From assembly GCA_045578725.1 (NCBI GenBank), contig JAZNKS010000073.1, positions 12,902 to 76,901 on the forward strand: a DNA stretch of 64,000 nucleotides, given 5' to 3'. The number at the start of each line of letters is the position of its first letter. Position 1 is the stretch's first letter. Source of the stretch: Candidatus Flemingiibacterium sp. GTDB lineage: Bacteria; Bacillota; Clostridia; Oscillospirales; CAG-272. Under the pieces are notes generated by a model that was not told the DNA's origin, did no database searches, and saw nothing but the letters and a program-made list of their open reading frames with translations. Positions 57,036 to 64,000 of this stretch are shown here, one piece after another. The position numbers and the translations under genes are program-made.

Positions 57036-58499
57036 ATGTCCAAGGGATCACGAACCCGCGCAGATAACGCGGAAAAGAACCGCCTGAAAAAAGAAAAAGA
57101 GGCCTTTGAGGCCACCAAGAAAAAGGTCCGCCGCGTAACGGCGATCATCACCGGCTCCCTGCTCGCTCTTATGATTCTCATCACCCTCATCGGCACGATC
57201 GTCTATCAGATCCGGATGAACGGCGGCGAATATCTCCGCACCGAAATTGCGGCCTCCTCCGGCGATCTTGATGTCAACGGCTCGATGATGAATTATTACT
57301 TCAATGATGTTTATAACACCTTTGTGGATTATTACGGCAGTTATGTTTCCTATTACGGTCTGGATCCAACCCTCTCGCTGAAGCAGCAGCAGATTTCCGA
57401 GGGCCAGACCTGGTTCTCCTACTTCATGTCCGGCGCACAGGAAACCGTCAGCAGCATTCTCCTGCTCAACCGGATGGCGGAAGCGGATGGCATTTCGCTC
57501 ACCGAAGCGGAAATTGCAGCCATCACCAACCGAGCAAAGGGAATGGATACCGGCTTATATGGCCGCGGTGTCAATACAAAGGATATCACCGATGCCAAGC
57601 TGCTGGAAGGGCTGGCCTACAAATATCAGTTCGCCAGACAGGCCGGCCTTCAGCCGACCCTCGCCGAGATGGAGGAGCATTACAAGGCCAACACCGATGC
57701 TTACCTTCTGGTGGATTATATCTGCTACGATATGACCTATTCCGATAAAGGTCCGACCCGCGAGGAAATCAGTGCCATCGCCGATACGCTGGCAAAAGCG
57801 CCGACCCCCGATGCCTTCCGCAAGGCCATTGAAGACAAGCTGCGTGCCGACGATCCGGTCATCAGTCGGGAGGATATCGATTATATCCTCGATTCGGTCA
57901 CCTTTGAGGGCGCTTACTTTGCCGAAGAGGACGAATTCAGCGAATGGGCCTTCAAGGAGGCAAAGGTCGGCGATACAAAGATCATCGAGGATCCTGACAA
58001 ATCCGTCTTCTATGTCTATATGATTACAAAAGCGCCCTACCGCGATGAGGCGAGCACCGTGAATGTGCGGCACATTCTCCTCACCCAAGCCTCTGCCGGA
58101 AGCGACAGCAAGGCTAAAAAGCTCGCCGAGAAGCTTCTGGCCGAATTTGAAGCCGGTGATAAGAGCGAGGAAGCCTTCGGACTTCTCGCGCTGGAATATT
58201 CGGATGATACCGGCTCCTATTACAACGGCGGTCTGTATGAAAATGTCGGCGAGGGCGATATGGTCACCGCCTTCAACGATTGGTGCTTCGATCCGTCCCG
58301 CAAGGAGGGCGATACCGGCATCGTGGAAACGGATTACGGCTATCATGTCATGCTCTTCTGCGGCGAGGGACAGAAGGTCTGGGAGTCGCTGGCCTCCTAT
58401 GCGCTGATCAACGAGAAAATGGCCGAGCTGATGGAGGAGAACAGCCCCCTCTATCCTGTCACGTTCGATGATACGGTACTCAAAATGATTCCCGGCTGA
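57036..58499 (+). CDS. Membrane-anchored parvulin-type peptidyl-prolyl isomerase (PrsA/SurA-like)
   Basis: Basic N-terminus plus TM; VNVRHIL, F..LA.EYSDD, GGL, MV..F..W.F and ET.YGYH motifs. Confidence 0.85.
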   Translation: MSKGSRTRADNAEKNRLKKEKEAFEATKKKVRRVTAIITGSLLALMILITLIGTIVYQIRMNGGEYLRTEIAASSGDLDVNGSMMNYYFNDVYNTFVDYYGSYVSYYGLDPTLSLKQQQISEGQTWFSYFMSGAQETVSSILLLNRMAEADGISLTEAEIAAITNRAKGMDTGLYGRGVNTKDITDAKLLEGLAYKYQFARQAGLQPTLAEMEEHYKANTDAYLLVDYICYDMTYSDKGPTREEISAIADTLAKAPTPDAFRKAIEDKLRADDPVISREDIDYILDSVTFEGAYFAEEDEFSEWAFKEAKVGDTKIIEDPDKSVFYVYMITKAPYRDEASTVNVRHILLTQASAGSDSKAKKLAEKLLAEFEAGDKSEEAFGLLALEYSDDTGSYYNGGLYENVGEGDMVTAFNDWCFDPSRKEGDTGIVETDYGYHVMLFCGEGQKVWESLASYALINEKMAELMEENSPLYPVTFDDTVLKMIPG

Positions 58500-58500
58500 T

Positions 58501-58546
58501 AAAAACAAGGCCTCCGTTTTCCTGCATGGAAAACGGAGGCTTTTTG
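58501..58546. terminator. Bidirectional terminator
   Basis: GCCTCCGTTTTCC/GGAAAACGGAGGC stem with flanking A/T tracts. Confidence 0.8.
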
Positions 58547-58583
58547 CGATTATACATTTGCTGGGGGGTATTCAGCCCAAAAG

Positions 58584-59600
58584 TCAGCCGATCGTCTTAC
58601 CGATCAGCGGAAGCATTCCCTTGATCTTCGCCATCACGCCATCGAACTCATCGGGCGTCAGGGACTGCTTGCCGTCGGAAAGCGCCTTGGCGGGATTGTT
58701 GTGAACCTCGATCATGATGCCGTCAGCACCGGCCGCAACCGCTGCCATAGCCAGCGGCTCCACCAGCCAGCTGATGCCGCCTGCGTGACTGGGATCCGCT
58801 ACAACCGGCAGATGGGACAGGCGCTTCAGCACCGGAATTGCCGATACATCAAAGGTATTGCGGGTCGCAGTTTCAAAGGTACGGATACCGCGCTCGCAGA
58901 GGATGACATTTTCATTGCCGCCGGCCATAATATATTCGGCGCTCATCAGCATTTCTTCAATGGTATTGGCCAAACCACGCTTTAAGAGAATCGGCTTTTG
59001 GGTATGACCAAGCTCCTTGAGCAATTCAAAATTCTGCATATTGCGGGCGCCGACCTGAATGACATCGACATTCTCAAACAGCGGGAGATGCGAAGCATCC
59101 ATAATCTCGCTGACAATCGGAAGGCCGGTTTCTTTCTTGGCCTCCAACAGAAGCTCGATCCCCTCGGCCTTCAAACCCTGGAAGGCATACGGCGAGGTTC
59201 TCGGCTTGAAAGCGCCGCCGCGGAGCATCGTAGAGCCGGCTCCCTTTACACGGCGTGCGATCTCGCAGATCTGCTCCTCGCATTCAACCGAGCAGGGGCC
59301 GCTGATGACCTGAAAATGGCCGCCGCCGACCTTGATGCCGCCGATATCCACAACCGTATCGTCGGGATGGAATTTGCGGTTGGCATTCTTGAACGGCTCC
59401 TGAACGCGCTTGATATCCTCAACGATATCATCCGTGCGCAGGCGGTCGATGTCAACCTTGGAGGTATCGCCGACCAGACCGATAATCGTGGTGTGCAGAC
59501 CTTCGACCAGATGGGCCTGAAGGCCGGGCGTTTTTTCCAGCTCGGTAACAAAGGCCGAAACCTTGGCTTTTTCCGTATAGGGTTTGACAATGATAATCAT
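58584..59600 (-). CDS. aroF: 3-deoxy-7-phosphoheptulonate synthase (type Ibeta with N-terminal ferredoxin-like domain)
   Basis: GPCSVE, RGGAFKPRTSPY.FQG, GARNMQN, CERGIR, DPSH and SDG.QSL motifs. Confidence 0.95.
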   Translation of the reverse strand: MIIIVKPYTEKAKVSAFVTELEKTPGLQAHLVEGLHTTIIGLVGDTSKVDIDRLRTDDIVEDIKRVQEPFKNANRKFHPDDTVVDIGGIKVGGGHFQVISGPCSVECEEQICEIARRVKGAGSTMLRGGAFKPRTSPYAFQGLKAEGIELLLEAKKETGLPIVSEIMDASHLPLFENVDVIQVGARNMQNFELLKELGHTQKPILLKRGLANTIEEMLMSAEYIMAGGNENVILCERGIRTFETATRNTFDVSAIPVLKRLSHLPVVADPSHAGGISWLVEPLAMAAVAAGADGIMIEVHNNPAKALSDGKQSLTPDEFDGVMAKIKGMLPLIGKTIG

Positions 59601-59737
59601 TTTTTATTCATTCCTCTCCAAGAGATAATCCTTAAAATAAAGAACCGCTTTTTATTATACCACATTCCGGCGGATTTTTCAACAGGAATCCGAAGAATTG
59701 CGAAAAAAATAACAATTTTCTCACAAATTCCCGCACT

Positions 59738-59947
59738 TTACGTCAGATCCTCTCCCAGATCCTCGGGGATCGGAAGCTCCGGCATCCGGCGCGGCACCCG
59801 CTTGAGCGGATCATAGAGAAACCGCCGGCAGGTGTATTCCTTCGGAACCACGCCTTTTTTATCGCAGAGCATATCCCCGGTTCCCGCAATGGGGCCGGCA
59901 AAGCGGCAGTATTCACAGATTTTTTCAATATTGTCCGAATCCTTCAC
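59738..59947 (-). CDS. Small Cys-rich hypothetical protein (GTG start likely)
   Basis: CEYC..LC.KKG.V...YTCRRF.YDPLKR.P; RBS GAGGT; upstream TTGACT-17-TACAAT. Confidence 0.65.
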   Translation of the reverse strand: MKDSDNIEKICEYCRFAGPIAGTGDMLCDKKGVVPKEYTCRRFLYDPLKRVPRRMPELPIPEDLGEDLT

Positions 59948-60009
59948 AGGCTGTACCTCTCTGATTTTCAAACTGTTTTGCATTATTGTATCACACTACT
60001 GCCGAAAAG

Positions 60010-60888
60010 TCAAGTTGCTTTGATAATAAGAGTATTGTCCTTTTCCTCCAGCTTTGTCAGGCAGGGACGTTCCAGCGGCGTGGTATTGGGCTGATGGCAG
60101 ATAAAATACAGCTCGCCGTCATAACTCTCAAAAATCATGCCGTGACCGCCATCCTTTGAAAAGAGAAGCCGCTCATCGTGGATCCAGCGGCCGTCAATCC
60201 GGCCGTTGTCGGAGTAGGCAAGTGCCTCGCAGTAACCTTCTCGCGCAAAGCTGGACCAGATCATCAGAAGCCGACCCGATTTTGTGCGGTACAGGAACGG
60301 GCCGTCGGTGATGTAAACCTTCTGACCCTTCCGGGCCCAATCCGGGACAATCGCCCAGGCAGGCTCCGATGCACAAAACAGCCGGATCGGATCGCCGATC
60401 GGACGCGCCAGATCCTCGGACAGCCGGAGGGCACACATCTCGCCATCCATCACCTGCGTCCATTCATGGCAGAATACGATGTAAGGCTGACCGTCCTCGT
60501 CGACATAGAGCGTACCATCCAGGCATTCCCAATCGCGCGGAGTAACCGGACCGTCGCTGTGCAGGCAAAAAGGGCCTTCGGGCGAATCGGCACACAGAAT
60601 CTGGGTGCCGCGGCAGACCGCTGCGTTCTTGAAGCTGGCAAACATATAATATTTTCCGCGATAACAATGAACCTCGGGTGCCCAGAAATTCCGGTCTGCC
60701 CAGAAATCCTTCGGCGCTTCAAATACCGTTATCGGATCGCTCCATGCGGAAAGATCGGAGCTGACATACACATCAAAGCCCATGCACTTGCCCCAGCAGT
60801 CGGCACCGCGGGTTCCGTACATATAATATTTTCCATCCGCCTTCAGAACAAAGGGATCGCGGATGTGAATATCCTTCATTGTAAGCAC
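60010..60888 (-). CDS. GH43 glycoside hydrolase
   Basis: IRDPFV, FWAPEVH, CLDGT, TDGP and GGHGMIF motifs. Confidence 0.88.
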   Translation of the reverse strand: MLTMKDIHIRDPFVLKADGKYYMYGTRGADCWGKCMGFDVYVSSDLSAWSDPITVFEAPKDFWADRNFWAPEVHCYRGKYYMFASFKNAAVCRGTQILCADSPEGPFCLHSDGPVTPRDWECLDGTLYVDEDGQPYIVFCHEWTQVMDGEMCALRLSEDLARPIGDPIRLFCASEPAWAIVPDWARKGQKVYITDGPFLYRTKSGRLLMIWSSFAREGYCEALAYSDNGRIDGRWIHDERLLFSKDGGHGMIFESYDGELYFICHQPNTTPLERPCLTKLEEKDNTLIIKAT

Positions 60889-60908
60889 GGTAATCCTCCA
60901 AAAAATGA

Positions 60909-60937
60909 CAGGCGGCGTCCTTCTGACGCCGCCTGCC
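60909..60937 (-). terminator. Hairpin between rhaA and the GH43 gene
   Basis: CAGGCGGCGTC/GACGCCGCCTG stem; CATTTTTT downstream on the minus strand. Confidence 0.55.
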
Positions 60938-60944
60938 CGTTATT

Positions 60945-62198
60945 TTATCTCTTCGAAAGCACGTCGGCTTCGTATTTCTTGACCTCAGCAAGCCAGCCCT
61001 CGCGGACAGGAACATTCTCGCTTTCGCAGAAGTAATCCCAAACCGCGGCAAACGGATAGGATTTCAGCTCTTCAAGCATAGCCAGACGGGAGGTATAATC
61101 GCCGTCAAGTTCCAGCTTCTTCATCCGGTCTGTCGGCTCAAGCAGAGCATACAGCAGCGCCTTCTGCATATTACGGGTACCGATGACCCATGCAGCGATG
61201 CGGTTGATCGAGGCATCGAAGAAGTCAAGGCCGATATGGACACGCTTCTCGAAGCTGCCGCGGATGATTTCCTGCGCAATGGCCTTCAGCTCATCATCGA
61301 ATATGACAACATGGTCCGAGTCCCAGCGTACCGGGCGGGATACATGAAGCAGAACATCGTTGAGGAAGAGCAGAGCCGAGGAGATCTTATCGGAAACCAC
61401 TTCCGTCGGATGGAAATGACCGGTATCCAGTGTCAGAACCAGATCATTCTTAACAGCATAGCCCATGCACATTTCCAGTGAACCGATGGTGCAGGACTCG
61501 GCGCCGATGCCGAATACCTTGCTCTCGATCGCATTCAGGTTGTACTGCTTATTCTGGCCTGCGAAGATCTTATCATAGGAATCGACCAGACGCTCGCGGT
61601 AACCGTAGCGGTCAACCGGGATATCCTTGAAGCCATCGGGAATCCAATGGTTGGTGATCGCCGGCTCGCCCATTTCGCGGCCGATGTACTCCGCAATCTC
61701 GCGGGCGCGGATCGAATGCTCGATCCAGTACTCGCGGACCGCGTTGTCAGCGCTCGAAAGGGTAAATCCGCTTGCGCTCATCGGATGGGAGAAGCAGCTG
61801 GAGTTGAAGTCCACGCCGATCTTCTTTTCCTTGGCCCATTCCACCCAGGAGGTGAAGTGCTTCGGCTCAATTTTGTTGCGCTCGACCTTTTCGCCCAGTG
61901 TATCCAGATAGAAGGTGTGGAGGCTGATGCGTTTCTTGCCGGGAATCAGCGAGATCGCCTCGGAAAAATCGGCGCGGAGCTGGTCGATATTGGTGGCACG
62001 TCCGGGATAGTTGCCGGTCGTCTGAATACCGCCGGTCAGATCGCCGTTCGGATTTTCAAAGCCGCGGACATCGTCTCCCTGCCAGCAATGCATCGAAATC
62101 GGGATTGACTTCAGACGCTCGATGGCCTTATCGGTATCCACACCGAGGGATGCGTACAGCTCTTTGGCAATAGCGTAATTCTTTTCTGTGTTCATCAT
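60945..62198 (-). CDS. rhaA: L-rhamnose isomerase
   Basis: ISMHCWQGDDV.GFE, TGNYPG, WIPDG.KD, GHFHPTE and HVSRPVRWDSDHV motifs. Confidence 0.95.
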   Translation of the reverse strand: MMNTEKNYAIAKELYASLGVDTDKAIERLKSIPISMHCWQGDDVRGFENPNGDLTGGIQTTGNYPGRATNIDQLRADFSEAISLIPGKKRISLHTFYLDTLGEKVERNKIEPKHFTSWVEWAKEKKIGVDFNSSCFSHPMSASGFTLSSADNAVREYWIEHSIRAREIAEYIGREMGEPAITNHWIPDGFKDIPVDRYGYRERLVDSYDKIFAGQNKQYNLNAIESKVFGIGAESCTIGSLEMCMGYAVKNDLVLTLDTGHFHPTEVVSDKISSALLFLNDVLLHVSRPVRWDSDHVVIFDDELKAIAQEIIRGSFEKRVHIGLDFFDASINRIAAWVIGTRNMQKALLYALLEPTDRMKKLELDGDYTSRLAMLEELKSYPFAAVWDYFCESENVPVREGWLAEVKKYEADVLSKR

Positions 62199-63676
62199 TC
62201 TTCTCCGATCAGCTTGCAGAAGCGGCCATAGGCATCATCCCACTGGTCATTGTGCTTCGGCTCATAGGACTTGATTTCGAAAGAGTTGCGTACAACCTCG
62301 CGGGCTTCGGCAACATTCTTGATTTCGCCGGCGGCAATCGCCTGAACCGACAGATTACCGATAGCGGTTGCCTCAACGGGGCCGGCATAAACCGGACGGT
62401 TGCAGGAATCGGCTGCCAGCTGGCAGAGAGGCGCTTCCTTGCATCCGCCTCCGACGATGTTGATGAAGGGAGTCTTGCGGCCCATCAGCTCGTCGATCTT
62501 CTCAACGGTCCAGCGGTAGCGGAGTGCCAGACTGTCGAATACGCAGCGGATGGTCTCGCCCGGATTCTCCGGAACGTGCTGACCGGTGGTACGGCAGTAT
62601 TCGGCGATGCGGCCGGGCAGATTGCCGGGGCCGGAGAAAAGCGGATCATCGGGGTTGATGATCGACTGCAGGGGCTTGGAGGCCATCGCCATATCGGAGA
62701 GCTGGTCATAGGTGTACTTCGTGCCCTCGCGCTCCCACTGACGCTTGGATTCCTGCTCGAGCCACAGGCCCATGATATTCTTCAGGAAGCGGGTGGTACC
62801 CTCGGCGCCGCCCTCGTTGGTGAAGTCATACTTGCGGGAAGCATCGTTGATGATCGGAGCCTTCAGCTCGGTACCCATCAGCGACCAGGTGCCGGAGCTG
62901 ATGAAGACAAAGTCCTCGCCCTTGGCCGGAACGGCAACAACGGCGCTGGCGGTATCGTGAGCGGCAACGTTGACAACGTTTGCCTTGATATCGCCGACCT
63001 CCTCCAGAACCTGAGGAAGCAGCGGGCCGACGGTGGTACCGGGGTTGGACAGCTCGGTGAAGATGTTCGACGGGATACCGAACTTCTCCAGCATATCGAA
63101 GGCATAATTGCGCTTCTTGGCATCGAGGATCGCACCGGTGGATGCGATGGTGTACTCGGTGTGCTTCACGCCTGTCAGGAAGTAGTTCAGCAGGTCGGGC
63201 GTAAAGAGGAGCTTATCCGCATTTTCAACATAGATCGGATTCTCGCGCAGAGAAGCGATCAGCTGAAAGAGCGTATTGAAGTTCATGAACTGCGTACCGG
63301 TCGTCTTGTAGATATCATCCTTGGAAACGATCGTATCCGCATAGTCGATGATGCCCTCGGTGCGGGTATCGCGGTAGTGAACGGGGTTAGCCATCAGCTT
63401 GCCGTTCTTATCGATCAGGCCGTAGTCAACGCCCCAGGTATCGATACCGATGGACTTGATATCCTTATCCTCGGAGAGGGCGCACTTGCGGATCGAATTC
63501 TTGATTTCATGGAAAATGCGCAGAGTATCCCAGGTGAAGGTACCGGCTACGGTAACCGGTTCATTCGGGAAACGGTGATTCTCTTCCAGCGTCAGTTTTT
63601 CGCCGTCGAAGCTGCCGACAATACCGCGGCCGCTGGAGGCACCGAGGTCAATGGCGAGCATTTTTAACTTTGCCAT
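62195..63676 (-). CDS. rhaB: Rhamnulokinase
   Basis: IDLGASSGR, GIDTWGVDY, HDTASA, SSGTWSL.G.E, NEGG and KNIMGLW motifs. Confidence 0.92.
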   Translation of the reverse strand: MAKLKMLAIDLGASSGRGIVGSFDGEKLTLEENHRFPNEPVTVAGTFTWDTLRIFHEIKNSIRKCALSEDKDIKSIGIDTWGVDYGLIDKNGKLMANPVHYRDTRTEGIIDYADTIVSKDDIYKTTGTQFMNFNTLFQLIASLRENPIYVENADKLLFTPDLLNYFLTGVKHTEYTIASTGAILDAKKRNYAFDMLEKFGIPSNIFTELSNPGTTVGPLLPQVLEEVGDIKANVVNVAAHDTASAVVAVPAKGEDFVFISSGTWSLMGTELKAPIINDASRKYDFTNEGGAEGTTRFLKNIMGLWLEQESKRQWEREGTKYTYDQLSDMAMASKPLQSIINPDDPLFSGPGNLPGRIAEYCRTTGQHVPENPGETIRCVFDSLALRYRWTVEKIDELMGRKTPFINIVGGGCKEAPLCQLAADSCNRPVYAGPVEATAIGNLSVQAIAAGEIKNVAEAREVVRNSFEIKSYEPKHNDQWDDAYGRFCKLIGEE

Positions 63677-63699
63677 GGCGTTATTCTCCTGTTCCGATA

Positions 63700-64000
63700 T
63701 TATTTTGCGATGTTTGCGATGATGTTCTTCAGTGCATCAACAGCAGCACCGAATGCTTCATAACTGGTAGCGTAGGTGTTGGGCATCTTGGTCTGCTCGG
63801 GGCGCTCCAGGGTTTCAAAGCCCTTGAAGACACGCAGGTGAGGCTCAACCGTCAGAATGAGCTTGCCGTCGATCTTCTTATCAAGATCCGCCAGAATCTG
63901 AGGAATACCGCCGATGCCCTTGCCGGCCGGTGCGATTACACGCTCTGCGGTCGCATCCTTGATGTGCATATACCAGATCTTGTCGCCCAGCATATTGTAG
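63700..64000 (-). CDS. Sugar phosphate isomerase/epimerase (TIM barrel), C-terminal part
   Basis: YMHIKDA....PAG.G.G and LTVEPHL motifs; truncated by window end. Confidence 0.7.
   Translation of the reverse strand, partial: YNMLGDKIWYMHIKDATAERVIAPAGKGIGGIPQILADLDKKIDGKLILTVEPHLRVFKGFETLERPEQTKMPNTYATSYEAFGAAVDALKNIIANIAK

Noticed and set aside
232-60937. Intergenic palindromes as a REP/MITE family
   Set aside because: The hairpins share no sequence with each other and sit at gene ends, consistent with ordinary terminators

Overview
This is a chromosomal window of roughly 55-60% GC (estimated by eye) from a spore-forming Clostridia (Oscillospirales/Eubacteriales-like) bacterium. The core housekeeping block has three parts: yqfC-yqfD-phoH-ybeY-era-recO-mutS2; rnfCDGEAB-PPTase-upp; and yicC-remA-gmk-rpoZ-priA-def-fmt-yugP-rsmB-rlmN-stp-pknB-rsgA-(EEP)-thiN-spoVM. 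It is flanked by carbohydrate-use loci (ribulokinase, SGNH esterases, CapA-like phosphoesterase, beta-helix protein, GH2, GH36, GH43, rhaBA, and orphan solute-binding lipoproteins). I saw no rRNA, tRNA, IS element, prophage or CRISPR array. The most notable items are: (1) a translationally coupled pair of secreted lactocepin-type S8 subtilases, the second having lost the catalytic His and Ser, the oxyanion Asn and the propeptide while keeping an intact 950-aa ORF (protease plus pseudoprotease module); (2) an ECF S-component plus divergent type III pantothenate kinase (GADR->GSDL, DxGNT->NIGNG) with a structured leader, next to a gmk-rpoZ-priA locus lacking coaBC (candidate pantetheine salvage); (3) a 25-aa spoVM below the ORF-track cutoff; (4) paralogous orphan solute-binding lipoproteins plus a collapsed remnant of a third. 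All calls come from reading motifs and gene order by eye; no database searches were run.
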